DNA of 64,000 nt from Amphiscolops sp. MND2022 (GCA_964187785.1 OZ076419.1:10416001-10480000), one strand, 5' to 3'. Positions 44,801 through 58,700 are shown, counted from the stretch's first letter. Translations and numbers: made by a program. Notes: generated by a model from the letters alone, not told the origin.

Positions 44801-45264
44801 CTATACACCCTTGGCATAGCCACTCACATGGCAGATTTACGAGTTCTTACCCAAGAACAGATCAACACATCAAACTCGTTGATCCATCAACTCTTACATC
44901 TTTAATGCACCAACTCTTGGAAACCACCAACGTATACCTCAACCAAACGATGAAAATAAACCAACCACAAGATGAACCGGAAACTTACTGGTTCCCAACA
45001 CGTGAACAGCCTGGAGATCCAGACCAACACTCATACAGCAAAGAATCAATGACGAACACCTTGAACTCAAACAACTCGAGTAACTAAACCTGAACGACAA
45101 CGTAGATTCAAGAAAAAAAATTCCTCGATGTTTTCGACTGGCCGGACACTTTAACCTGTTCGAAAAACAACATATTGAAGACATCTTGTTACAGTATCAC
45201 GATGTCTTTGCCAGACATTGTTTTGCTATAGGCACCAAGAGAGAATTTAAACTCAAACTGACCC

Positions 45265-45305
45265 CTGATGATAATAGGCCTGATGATAATAGGCCTGATG
45301 ATAAC
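45265..45305. repeat. 15-bp tandem repeat (~2.7 copies) within Gypsy pol
   Basis: CCTGATGATAATAGG x2 plus a partial copy. Confidence 0.75.
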
Positions 45306-48300
45306 AGCCAAACCAAAATTTCCTTACCCTAATCACACTCAAGGACGACATAACTGTTGAACTGGCCCTTTTTCGTCGTTATGGAATCATCACGACCTTA
45401 CCTTTCTCAAAATATGCAAGCCCAGATAAAACTAAATGGACGTCTTCACGTCTTGGTGATTATGCTCAAAATCAACAATCTCATCACACAAGACTACGTA
45501 AACAACAACCACCCAGTTAGCACCCTGTCGGATGCAGCACAGCAGATGGACTACCAGTCAATACAAATACTGACTTTCAATTTTGCGAGCTGCACCTTTG
45601 CATACCAACGTCTTGCTCAAAGTCTTAGCCGTTCATTGTCTGCCTTCTCGTCTTTTTTGAGAGAATGCCTAGACAAGGCTATTAAAGTTGACCAGTGTGC
45701 ACAATACGTTGATGACATTGGTATGGCAGCAAATGATTCACCCCAACTTTGCATCAACTTTAAAACAGTCTTTCAATGCATCAGAAAATCAAGCCTCAAA
45801 CTTACCATGGCTAAATTTTGGGCTCAAGCTAGTCGACTTTTTGGGACGAACAATCACGCCAGCAGGAGTTTCACTACAAACTGAGAAAGTCAAACAATAT
45901 CTCCAAAAGCTCATTTTATTGAAATCCCAAAAATCCCTTCAATGGTACATTGGGTTGCTTAACTACTACATAAACTATATTTCTCGTTTGTCAGAAAAGT
46001 TTTCACGTTTCTTTAAACTACTCAAAGAAACATCGCAATTCTGCAAACCAAACACAATTTAGGACACCTTCAACGAGCTAAACCAACAACTGGAAAAATC
46101 ATGCATTCATGCCCTCAAACAACCGATAAAGAATGAACAACTCATCCTGATGACTGACGCCAGTTATACAGCAGCTGGATATGTCATCTTGATCGAAGAT
46201 GATCCTAAATTAAAGCTTCAATCCAGAAGGAAAACCTATGTCGCCAGGGCTTTTGGGTCAAAATTATCGAACCCAACACAGTTTAAATTTTCAGTATACG
46301 CAAAAGAGTTTCCAGCAGTTTAATGTCCGTTATCCGAATTTGGACATCTCATGTGGGGAATTGTCTTCCCTGTTATTGTTTTCTCAGAAGACCGTTCAGT
46401 ACCACGCTTCATCCAAAGTGAAATAGTTCCACCACCACTCGGGAATGCCTGTGACTATGACCAGTACAACTTCGTCATAGCACATGTTGCAGGAGCTGCA
46501 GCTGCCGATTTCTTTTCCATAGCAGGAGTTAACCCGACTTTGAAACTCGAAATGAACATTAGAAATGATGTTGCAACACAAGCACTCGAAGTCAACATAC
46601 AATCTACAGGAGCTGCTGAGGAAGAAAGCCTCTACATACTTCCAAGTGAAACCCCACAGAACGAAAAATGTGGCAAGAGAAAGAAGTATTGCGTGAAACG
46701 GCGAAAAGGGAAACTCACAATGACCCAGAAAAAGAAGTGTCAGAACTTCAAAAGTTTCATAACCTCACAGCGGGAACAACTGTTTATAGAGAAAGACACT
46801 TCAAAGACACATCTCCGAGCCAGAATTGGAAGAGAATATTATGATGAAACTGAATTTCAAACAAGATTACTGGTGAAAACACTAACAACAAAATATAACC
46901 CGTATTGAGATCACACAAGATGTCCTAACAAAATGATACTACAATGACACTGGTATGATCTCACATGACCAAATCTCTGTTACCCAAACAACTTCTGGAC
47001 TAATTCCCGCATGCCCTCCATGGACAATCACTACTCACTCGGGAATTCGAAAGATGATTCAAGAAACAAGGCCAAAAAACTACTACCCATGTATTGCCAA
47101 ATACATTCGAACATGGGTCACAAGATATCAAATGTGCATTCAAAATACACGCATCAAAATTGACCACCTCAAAACTGAACTAATCAATTGTCCTGAATGG
47201 GACCTGGGTCCTGAGAATATTTTACAGATATTCTTCCGAATTTCTCCAAAAGCGGAGGTTATGGCAACATTATCACAGACCCAGCAGTAGCCAAGATCAT
47301 CATTGACATTTAGTGTAAACAAACATATTCGCACACGACAACCATCACTTGTTTGAGGACCCAATTCAACTAAAAGGCTACTAAAGAAGTAGTCGCAGTC
47401 CTAAACCTAGACCTCAAACATGCCAGAACAAAACACAATTGGCCTGTTAGAAGGTACTCATGCATCAGTCAAAGCACACGTTAAAACCGATACTGAAGAA
47501 TTCAGAAATAACTGGTAGAAGATTCTGCCAATGGCAGTCCTAAACCATAATACAACGTACCATGCAACACTCGGATATGAACCAACTCGAGTCTTCAATG
47601 GAAGAATTCCGCATCCCAAATCCTCGCCATCAACCGCAAACTGACGTTGCAGAGGAAGTCCAAAGACGTGTTGGATTACTTCACGATCGAACGAAAAAGA
47701 ACATTTTGCAATCTTATCTTTTTTGGATAAAGCTTTAAATAAAGCTTTTTACGATAAGAAAGCAAAAGCGGCGCCTCTACCAACACAGGACTACCGCTAA
47801 ATCTTGAACGCGAAAGCGGTCACCCGAGCAAAAAAAAACTTTTTTTGCGAAATTCGGTTTTTTAGTTCCGGGTTGGCCGGTATAAGGTCGAAAACAACCT
47901 ACCGAATAATATCTATTTTATTCGCAGACTTCGCACAATCAAAACGCATTTTTTTATCGTTTTAGAATACGGAAATACATACCGCAGTCTCCTCTTGCGG
48001 ACAACATTGTCAGAGAATCCGATTGGCAAAAAGAAGACATACTTGTTTCTCAAGATGACCTATATGCCCACACTTGCGACACGAGTTTTGGACCTAGTCC
48101 TTTCGAAGTTGAACTGAAAACTGTGACAAACAAGAGGACACAGTTGAAAATGAACCTACTTCTCAGCCTCAAATATACCGCCTTTCTGCCCACGATAATT
48201 TCAAAATCAGAGGGGGACACCAGCAGAACAACTTGCTCTGAATTACGTAGAACCCCTAATCAAGAAAAAACCCTTTCAGAAAAAGAAATTTATGAGCCCA

Positions 48301-48719
48301 TACCAGAAACCTCAAGAAATCCAGAAAATTCCTAAGATATCCTGAACCAAAATTCCCCTCTTGAATAATAATAACTCAGAATGTGATGCACAAGAAGCAG
48401 AAGAAAATGGTAATACAAGAAATGAAAAAATAACAATTTACGCCCACACCCCAATCCTAACTACTCAGACTCATACATATATGAACATGACAAATCATGA
48501 GACTCAAAGACTTCAGCTGAATACAGCAGTCTCACTCTTTTTCTATCCTTCATTTTTCCATTTTTTCCTCCTCTTCCTTTTAACCAAAATTAAAATGTGT
48601 ATCTTTTTGTCATTCAGACGACAATATACCAAAACAGGCGTAATCAGCCTATAATTGGAAGCAAAGTACAAAATAAAACAAAGAATAAACCCAGAGCAAC
48701 AACATATTCAGTTTAAAAA

Positions 48720-49120
48720 AAGGAAGTCAACAAGGTTCAATTTCCAGATGGGGATTTCTTCGTATTCTTAATGAGAAGATTCCTCTTTGACTTTGTCTGT
48801 CCACCAGTCGGCACTCCATTGATAAAACAAGGCATGGACAAAGCCACAGTAGCCAAGTTTGGAAAAGGAGTACTTCAGCTTGCTGAACAACCAGCAGCCC
48901 GAGGGCCGACGGGAGTTGGCGTTGGCGCAACAAACTTCGAATTGCGAGCAGAGATACTTGGATACTCGCTGGATCCTGCAGAATACCGAACGGCCTGAGA
49001 TGCACAAAGATCCGGCAGCTTGGGATCGGAGTCAATGGAAGTCCACAATTTGTCCTCACAAACACTGGGCAACCCACAAATGAAGACTGTACGCTCCTTA
49101 CAGCCGACATGAAATCACTC
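48720..49120 (+). pseudogene. Gypsy 3' accessory ORF remnant, unknown function
   Basis: Overlapping ORFs 48771-48998 and 48859-49083 between integrase and the PPT (YFSLLNNQQPEGRRELAL...RWILQNTERPEMHKDPAAWDRSQW). Confidence 0.4.
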
Positions 49121-49989
49121 CTGTCTGAACCAAGTAAAAGTAAAGTGACTGCAAATTCAGAAGGAACACCCACAGGATTGAAAAGACAGAGACAACATAA
49201 CTTGAAAACAGTAAATAAATTCTCATGAAAAGGGAGTTCGAAATAACCAGACATGAAACTGATCCAATCATCGTCGTAGCTGACTTCCCTTGACCTAAAT
49301 ATCTCCACAAAAGAACGTTACTTACAAAGAACTAACGTTTTGGATGAGTTTGGGATCCAATGGTGTTGAGTCAAGAATTCGCACAGATCGCTTTCCTGAA
49401 CGTAATCGACTTCATTTCCGTATTCCCGTGGAGAATCACGACCTCGTCGAAGATGGTCAAGCGACAAACTAGTTTATAATTCCGAATGCAATGCTTTAGA
49501 AACAAGTGGGGCAGCGTAGCTATATCACTCTGAGCAACGAGGTCAGCAAAATCTTTGGTGTTCAGTAAATCAAATAAACCCTTAAAAGGTAAATCATGTG
49601 CAGTCAGGTCGATTGATAAGAAATTGTACCAGTTCGAAAAATTACCCGAAAAAGGATCAGGTAAAATGGCTTGGAGTTGACTGTATACAACTACTGCATA
49701 TGAACTGTAAAGCCGGAAGTCATTAGAGACAGATTTGTTACTTCTTTGAATACCTATTGGTCAAAACAAAGCAAAGTTGCAACCCAGTAAAGACATCAGA
49801 AAATGAAATAAAAGAGAAACTAACAATAAACAAGAACATCTGGATTAGGAATAGCTTGGGAGGGTAAGATTATATTTGTTCAATGTCTCATTCAAACTCT
49901 TGAGCTGGAACACACAGTAAATTTTGATGAAATTGAACAAGAGAAGTCAAATTGGTAGATAAAAGAATGAAAACTAGGTGCGTGTATTT

Positions 49990-50450
49990 CTTTGCAGGAC
50001 CTGGAAAAACAGCTTAGTGGAATGAACTTGTGCTGTTTTAGAAGAAAATCAACATAGTGGACAGATTTTATACTGTTTTAGAAGAAAACAGCATAGAAGA
50101 AAGAACGTATGCGGTTTTAATCAAAAACAACATACTGAATGAATTTATGAGGTTTTTAACGGAAAACAACATACTGAATGGATTTATGCAGTTTTCAATG
50201 AAAAGCAGCATGATGAATAAGTTTATGCTGTTTTAGAAGAAAAGCAGCATAGCTGAACAGATCTATGCGGTTTCCAATGGAAACAGCATATCACATGCGA
50301 GTATGCAGTTTCAGATGAAAAACAGCATAGCGAAAAAATTATTTGCAGTTTTGTACGGAAAACAGCATGAAGAAAATGCACATTCAAATTACCGAAGAAG
50401 ACAGCGAGGTAGAGTAATTTTATGCAGTTTCCAACAAGAAACAACATAAC
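49990..50450. repeat. Array of ~11 self-complementary ~39-bp units
   Basis: Consensus TATGC(T/A/G)GTTTT-N5/6-AAAACAGCATA followed by a variable ~9-11 nt linker. Confidence 0.85.
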
Positions 50451-53400
50451 AGAATCCTGAAAAATCAGAATTAAAGTCTAGACATTATCCGGAGCAACAG
50501 TATCAGGAAAGATAAAGAAATACTGCTTTATCCGACAACAAATTATGATGCACTATGAAGTTTTCCAGATACAGCAGGTGAGTAAAACAAACGCTATGAT
50601 ACATCCTACAGAAAACATAAACGAACTCTAAGAGGCCACCAAAGGGGACGTAAACAAGAGATTAGAGTCGTAAAGGACATACTTTTTGAAGTTCGGGAAG
50701 ATTGTTGAGCTAAGCAGAATCCAAGGCGGTGCGCAATTTCGTTTCGACAGATGGTCCAGCCAGCATTTTGTACAACTCGTGGTAATAAAATGTAGGCACA
50801 ACACTAGCAGGAGGCACTTGACACATTTCGAGCAACAGAGTTGTTACCGCCACAGCCTAGGGGGTTGAGACAGTAAACAGCTTTAGTCGCCAAGATTTGA
50901 TCGGCGAACCACTTGGATTTGGATGATCCAAGACAAAATTGAGATTGAGTTTGAAGTGACAATCACTGTGCTTGACACAGGGAAGAAAACCAGACCTTTT
51001 TTATTGAGCGTTCCGGCACACCGAAGTGGGTAATGACACAGCAGATAAGGAAAACTAGCGATCCTGCACTATCTAGACGATAGGGTAATAACTAATACTA
51101 GGCTTCGATGGTTGTGACTTCAAAACAAAAAGTAAGATTACAGCTTCTCATTAATAGCAAAATCATTAATAACAAAAACATAATCAGGCAAATGAACAAA
51201 CAAAACAATTACAATAACAAATGCTTTTGCTTTTTTAAATTGAAACCACTTATAAATTTAGGGGATTTACATGAGAGAACTTTTAGAAGGATTCAGTTAG
51301 AAGGAATAAAATAATAGCACTTGTCGGGGTCATTACATGCATTTAGTGATTTGGAAGATTTGCAAATGAAAACAACGTTTGTCGCCGTTGTTTTAAGTCA
51401 CAATGTTTGAAAACGTTGCTTTGAACGTAACAGCACTGTTGTTCAATTACATAATTTATGCAATTCAACTGAATACATTGCTAGTGTCATGAAAAGAAAT
51501 TTTAATAATTGGGAGGGCAATTGAAGCGTAGAAGACGCGGATCAATGAGCTAAGCCAATCGAGGGCAAGGGTTTTATGATCACATTGAAATTGGACAAAG
51601 TTAGGGTGTGATGCCTGGCTAGGAAGTATTTACTGCACGAATCAAATTCATACTTGCAAAGATCACATTTTGTAGTCTGCAACTTTCGAACAATGAGTTC
51701 CACAGCTAAGTCCGATGAGTGCAAGTTGATTCCTCTGGAGTCGCTTGGCGGTTATGAGATTTTTGACCCACGGTCAGAGCCAAAGAAGGTTCCTGCTTTC
51801 GAAGCTTCAATTCCTGAAGCGTTTGCTAAAAAGAATCGCGAATGGAAATTGAAGCAGAGAAAGGAGAAGTCTCGGAATCGAAGGTGAGATCTCTGACTCT
51901 CATTTCGTTTGAGATCCTCGAAATGATCCGGACTTCGCTTCCTCTAACCCTTTGGGTCTGTAGGATTGAAGTCAATTTATTTTTCATTTGTGGATTCCTT
52001 CTTGGAATCCAAGCCAAATTCCGGAACAAGAGTCTTGTTAGTTCGTCCATTAAACCCCATTAATATGCACACTGTGGGAGCTTGTGTGAAATGGCGGAGG
52101 AACAGTTTATTTCCGGACTTTTTCCAGCTGACACGAAATTCTGCGAGACAGAGACAATTGCACATCTTGCCAGACCAAAAAGTCATGGTAAGTTGCGAGG
52201 ATTCATCTGAAGTGGCAAGCTGTAGGGAATATTGGCCCGATAGACCAATGGATGACGCTGATGTAAAAGTTCGTGAATCATTTAGATGAGGATTCCTTGT
52301 AAAAACAAACAAAGACTTACGATTACAAACTCATGACTCCAGTTGTATTGAGGAATCTTGGCAGGCCCACTGTTTCAATGCTCAGATTTGACCATTGAGT
52401 GATGTAAGATCATCTAAGTTGCCAAGGTGTTGTAGGCCAACCAACAAGAGCTGCATCTGTGAGCAAGCAACGGAAGACGAATTTCTGTGTCCACTGACAG
52501 TTCTCTTTTTCCGGGCAACAAATATCATTCACCCAGAATAGGCGCAATTGGGAATTCCTTTTCAGTTTTTTTTCAGCCTCTTCCTACGCAGATGCAATAT
52601 TAATTTTTCTCATCATTAATTATTGATTGAAAACCTACAAGACATACCTTGTGTCAGCGACTCGAGTTCTTCGTCAGGAACAGACAAACGTCTTGCCAAA
52701 TAAGCCTGGATCACGAAGAAAGGAAAATACAGATATTCTGTAGAAGTATTGGGAGTATTGGAGGAATGATCTCCTGCAAAAAGATCAGCAGCAAGGAGAC
52801 TAAAAGACTAGATCGGAGAACACGATGACGGAATAATCCGTTGTAAAATGAACTGGAAGTAAACGGGAAGACTACTGACTGTTAAAATAGACTGAGGAAA
52901 GATGAAGGAAGATGAACTTGTGAGACAAATAACAGCAGACTCAGACGTAAATTCTCGAAGATCGAAGACAGTAATCGAAGGCGTAGCAAAAAACACAAAA
53001 GCAACAAAGCAAATAGCCGACGCAAGTTTTACGGCGTATGCGATCAATCGCAATTCTGATTGGTTAGGAAAATGTACAATGTTTAGAATTAACTGCCAGT
53101 ATGAATAAACTAATTGCGCCTATTTATTACGGCAGCAGATCTTGCTTATGTAATTATTGAACAAAGCTGTCTAACGCCAATAGAATATGCGAAAACGTAC
53201 AGAAAACAACATAATTCTGTAATGCGGAAACTAACTCAAAGCGGCATAACGGTCCAGCGTGCTGTTCAAAGAACGTTATAAACGACGTAATGTTGTTATG
53301 CAGAAATCATTGAAAAACACCATAGTATTTTAATTCCACTGATGAATGAAATGCAGTAAGATGTTTTCAGTGAACTGCATTAGATGTAAATTACCACTAA

Positions 53401-53994
53401 TACTGCTGTATTGGCAATTTCACGTTGATTAAAACATGAATGAAAACTCACACTTTGCAGGAGATGAGTAATGCAACGAAGTGTGAAAACACTTTGTAAA
53501 CGTTAGTGAACTCTTGATATATTTAATAACATTTGAATATGAGTAAATAAAAGTAATCTGACGAAATACGGAGAGACGGACATCAAAATCACAAAAGAAC
53601 CCAAGGAAAATATCAGGAAACTGATGTTTGTTTGTAAGGAGTTAATAACTTTAGTGGTTCTTCCTCTGTTAGATCATACGATGATATACCCGAGAAAAAA
53701 GGAAAACCAATAATTCGAGAAAAGTTTTGATGCAACTTATAAAAAAAACTTCATAACCCTAAAAAAACTAGAAAATATCAGCATTCTGGTCTAAACTCGA
53801 TAAAAACAGTTGCTCACCTATTTTCAAACTTCTCAGTTCAAGCGTTATTCTAGTAGCCTAACATTTTCTATTTCCACCATAGCGCCCTAAAAAATGAAGA
53901 AAACCATCAAGTCAAAGATGAACAACACACCTGTGGGAGGTAACACTAACACAAATGTTTAGGTAAACACTCTGGAACTAGTGAATATATCAAG

Positions 53995-54549
53995 TTGTTC
54001 AGGAGAAAAAATCAATGTGGAGCCTCTCTCTCTCTACCCTGCCTGGACGACAGATTCAGGATAGCTCCTTCTACGCAAGCCGACATGCCGACGGCATTTA
54101 AAGGTACAGCTGGGATGGTCTCGTTTGCACGAGATAATGAAGTGGGAAACGACTCCGAACACCATGTCGATAGAAGGGGGTCGATCATTGAGAACGACCT
54201 GATGGATTTGTTGAACGGAGCTTTAGACGTATCTCCGTTCACATTCCTTGGATCGTCTGAAGACAAAATAGACCCGTTCTTTGATGCGGATTTTGCAAAT
54301 GTGGAGAAAAACTCTTATGGACGACCAGTCCAAAGAGTATCGCCAATCACCAGACAGCAAGAAATAATGAGATCAATTGCGTATCCTCTGACATTACCCA
54401 GTACCACTAGTGATTTCACTGCGGTTATGCCCACAGCACAAAGAATACAGGAACTAAAACCACTATCGTTCCCTCAGGATAATTCCCCAGGAGAATTTGT
54501 ACACCTTGCCAGACCAAAACGTCATGGTAACTTGCGACAATTTATCTGA
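53995..54549 (+). CDS. 184-aa ORF of unknown function in block B (frameshifted in B')
   Basis: ORF track; low-complexity S/D/P-rich; the paralog at ~57410-58110 is broken but extends further 3'. Confidence 0.3.
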   Translation: MFRRKNQCGASLSLPCLDDRFRIAPSTQADMPTAFKGTAGMVSFARDNEVGNDSEHHVDRRGSIIENDLMDLLNGALDVSPFTFLGSSEDKIDPFFDADFANVEKNSYGRPVQRVSPITRQQEIMRSIAYPLTLPSTTSDFTAVMPTAQRIQELKPLSFPQDNSPGEFVHLARPKRHGNLRQFI

Positions 54550-55769
54550 AGTGGCAAACTGTAGGGAATATTGGCCCGATAGACCAATGGATGACACTGA
54601 TTAAGGTAAAAGTTCGTTGATCATATAGATGATGATTCCTTGTGAAAACAAACGTTTTACTCAGAAAAATGGGCAATTGTGAACGAAAGAAACGTACGAA
54701 ACTATAGAAAAGACTTACGATAACAAACTCATGATTCCAGTTGTTTTGAGGAATCTTGGCAGGGCCCACTGCTTCAATGCTCAGATTTGACCATTGAGTG
54801 ATGTAAGAACATCTAAGTTGCCAAGGTTTTGTAGACCAACCAACAAGAGCCGCATCTGTGAGCAAGTAACGGAAGACGAAATTCTGTGTCCACTGGCAGT
54901 TCTCTTTTTCCGGGCAACAAATATCATTCACCCAGAATTGGCGCAATTGGGAATTCCTTTTCGGCTTTTTTCAGCCTTTTCCTACGCAGATGCAACTAGA
55001 ATCTAATCGTTGCGATCATGGTGGGGAAGTCCTGGTGTTTCCAGACGACTGCGATGTTCACTGACTAAATGAGCGTCAGTTCGGTAATGTGAGAGTACAT
55101 CGAGGACCCCTTGGTTTTTAGTGAAAACTCAATTTGACAAACTCTGCAACGTCTTTCGTGAGGATATCTATATGTGTCTGCTGGTGCGGTCACGAAGACT
55201 TTGAAAATCAGATGATTTTTGTACATCTGAACAGTGAGTTTCATTCTTGGCCTAGGTCTCTTCGAGATCACGGATGTTTCATCGGAGCTAATTAGTCTCA
55301 GGTTAGAATCCTCGGTAGTTGGAGAACTTTTGAAAAGTCTCATTTTTCTTCGGAGATGTAAATGGAGTCCTCCTGGTGATATTCCCAGTTTGGCCTGGCA
55401 CTGGCAAATATTCAGCAGCAGGGGATGGTACGAGTCTAGAAGACCCGACAGGAACCTCAGAAGATGATTGACGACCTTCAATTTCTTCTTCCCGTCATGA
55501 GAAACCAGAAGATAGAAAAACGCACTTAGGCTCACCGGGGTATTGAGTTCCTGCATCGGGGATCTCCTTAATGCCGCTTGGTTTCCCAAGTGTTTGGTTG
55601 GCAATCGGTGCTTAACTATTGTTTTGACTACTTGCAATAACCTTAATGGAAGCGGGAGTAAGTCCATCATTTCGTGCAGCAAGGAAACTAGCGGGGTCAT
55701 CGGCGGACAACATGATGACAGGGTTAGAAGAACTTTGGCCGAAAGAGTGTTTAATCCCGTCTGAATCAA
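54495..55769 (-). pseudogene. BED/C2H2-like zinc-finger ORF remnant (continues in block A to ~51980)
   Basis: RYPHERRCRVCQIEFSLKTKGSSMYSH then (frameshift) TDAHLVSEHRSRLETPGLP...EFPIAPILGE.YLLPG: a CxxC...H...H arrangement. Confidence 0.5.
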
Positions 55770-58700
55770 AGCCCCAATTGGATTTTACTTGGAAAGAATG
55801 AGTTCTGGACTGACACATGGAGGTCAAGAGGAGCTAGAAGTTTTCTAATCAAACTTGTGGGAACCTGATCAAAACTCACTTTGAACACTCGAGTATCCTC
55901 GTAAAAATTTCTTCACCTTATGCATCAGAAAATACGAAAATGGACCTATGAAATTGTGGTGGAAACAAAAGTTTGTTCAACAATCGATACAAGAAACTCT
56001 AAAGGAATCTTGTGAAGATTGATAAAAAATGAAAACAGAAATAATAGTATTTCTCACCATTAATTAATGATTGAAAACCTACAAGGCATACCTGGTGTCG
56101 GCGACTCGAGTTCTTCGTCAGGAACAGACAAACGTCTTGCCAAATAAGTCTGGATCACGAAGAGAGGAAAATACAGATAATCAGTAGAAGTATTGGGAGT
56201 ATAAGAGGAATGATCTCTTGCAAAAAGACAAGGAGCAAGAAGACAAAAAGACTAGATCGGAGAACACGATGACGGAATAATCCGCTGTAGAATGATCTGG
56301 AAGTAAACGGGTAGACTACTGACTGTTAGAATAAACTGAGGAAAGATGAAGGAAAATGAACATGTGAGAAAAATTACAGCAAACTCAGTTGTAAATTTTT
56401 TAAGATCGAAGACAGTAATCGAAGGCGTAGCAAATATCACAAAAGCAACAAAGCAAATAGCCGACGCAAGTTTTACGGCGTATGCGATCAATCGCAATTC
56501 TGATTGGTTAAGAGAATGTCCAAAGTTTAGAAATAACTGCCAGTATGACTAAACTAATTGCGCCTATTTCATACGTAAGCAGATCTTGCTTATGTAATCA
56601 TTGAACAAAGCTGTATAACGCAATCTGACAAATAATAGATTATGCGAAAACGTACAGAAAACAACATAATTATGTTATGCGGAAACTAACTCAAAGCGGC
56701 ATAACGGTCCAGCGTGCTGTGCAAAGAACATGAAAAACGACGTAATGTTGTTATGCAGAAATCAATGAAAACGCAATAGTCTTTTAATGCCGCTGATGAT
56801 TGAAATTTTGTTGCAGTATGATGTTTTCAGTGAACTGCATATGATGTAAATTACTACTAATACTGCTCTTCTGGCAATTTCACGTTGATTAATACATGAA
56901 TGAAAATTCACACTTCGTGAGAGATGAGTAAAGCAACGAAGTGTGAAAACACTTTTTGCACCTGATGTATTTGATAACATTTGAATATGAGTGAATAAAA
57001 GTAATCTGACGAAATACGGAGAGACGGACGTCAAAATCACAAAAGAACTCAAGGAAAATATCACGAATCTGATGTTTGTTTGTAAGGAGTTAATAATTTT
57101 AGTGGAGCTTCCTCTGTTAGATCAAACGATGATTTACCCAAGAGAAAGGGAAAACCGGTAATTCGAGAAATGTTTTGATGCAGTTTTTAAAAAAACTCCA
57201 TAACCCTAAAAAGTCTAGAAAATATCAGCATTGTGGTCTAAACTCGATAAAGCAGTTGCTCACCTATTTCCAAACTTCTCAGTTCAAGCGTTATTCTAGT
57301 AGCCTAACAATTTCTATTTCCACCATAGCGCCCTAAAAAATGAAGAAAACCATCAAGTCAAAGATGAACAACACACCTGTGGGAGGTAACACTAACACAA
57401 ATCTTTAGGTGAACACTCTGGAACTAGTGAATATATCAAGTTGTTCAGGAGAAGAAATCGATGTGGAGCCTCTTTCTCTCTACCAAGCCTGGACGACAGA
57501 TTCAGAATAGCTCTTTCTACGCAAATCGACATGCCGAGGGTATTTATAGGTGCAGCTGGGGCGGTCTCGTTTGCACGAGATAATGATGTGTGAAACGACT
57601 CCGAACACCATGTCGATACAAGGGGGTCGATCATTGAGAACGACCTGATGGATTTGTTGAACGGAGCTTTAGACGTATCTCCGTTCACATTCCTTGGATC
57701 GTTTGAAGACGAAAAAGGCCCATTCTTTGATGCGGATTTTGCAATTGTGGAGAGAAACTCTTTTGGACGACCAGTCCAAAGAGTATCGCCAATGACCAGA
57801 GAGCAAGAAATACTGAGACCAATTGCGTATCTCCGACATTACCGAGTACCACTAGTGCTTTCACTGCGGTTATGCCCACAGCGCAAAGAATACAGGAACC
57901 ATTACCACGTTCGTTCCCTCAAGATAATTGCCCATGCCGGTGCTTTTTTACCCAAACAGTTGGAACAACGATGGGTACAATCAAGCTGAGTATGGCCTAC
58001 AAATGCCTATGCGACAGCAAGGTTTTCTACAAAGTGTGACAACATTTACCCTGCCGATTCTTCAGATGAACCCACCGATTCATATTTTGACATATTTTGA
58101 CCCAAAAAAATGAGAGTTAGGCTAAAAAATTGAAAATCGGAAACAAAAAAATTTAAATTCTTGTCTTACGTCCCATTTTGGATTCCTTTTTCAAAGTCAG
58201 TGTATAGTTGGAGTTTATTCTTTGTTTATTGTTTTTAACTTGATATGAACTCCGTATTTGGGCTAAGTGGGTGTCCGTAGGTCCCATAAGAACTATTTGT
58301 GAACTACGCTGAATATTTAACAGCAAATAACACGTGTGAATCTATGCCTTAATCTTGCTCAAATGTAGGTTTTCATATAAACTTTTACATATTTTGGTGT
58401 ATAACTACAACTCAGAAAACTAAGTTGTTTCAACTTATTCTATATATCAAGGCGTATGTACGGTGATGGTAAATTTAACGATAAACATCCGCTCTGATGA
58501 ATTTTCTGTATGCGAAAGTAACCAGATTTAGCTCACTCCACAACACAACCAAGTAGAGATCCAAGTCGGTCGACTTTGCCACTCAAGTATTGAAGAAAGT
58601 GAAAGCTTGGAAAGTTCTCGTTCAATAAATTCAGTTAACTCTGGCTGCTGAAGAGCATTTTTGAGTTGAACAAGTGATAATACATTGTTTTGAATTTCCA

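Larger units (their letters stand above)
42200..49838 (+). mobile_element. Degraded Ty3/Gypsy element lacking a visible 5' LTR
   Basis: gag from ATG 42261 with knuckles (YCKGESH, CFYCNAPRH), protease LDGLIDTDAL (~44350), RT YVDDIG (~45710), RNase H LMTDASYTAAGY (~46145), integrase HSGIRKMI...CIQ (~47040), a 3' ORF, then PPT AAGTGGGGCAG (49504) and a probable LTR at ~49515-49838. Confidence 0.85.
52156..57933. repeat. Local segmental duplication with arrangement A-B-A'-C-B'
   Basis: A 52156-52597 matches A' 54495-54995; B ~52605-54490 matches B' ~56050-57933. High but imperfect identity. Confidence 0.92.

Noticed and set aside
49990-50450. Hairpin array as a CRISPR array
   Set aside because: Linkers are only ~10 nt and resemble each other, repeats are degenerate, there are no cas genes, and the DNA is eukaryotic.
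50680-50870. Cys-rich - strand text (CCSKCVKC...CTKC) as a RING/PHD finger
   Set aside because: Spacing is not canonical, it is bounded by stops, and there are no splice signals.
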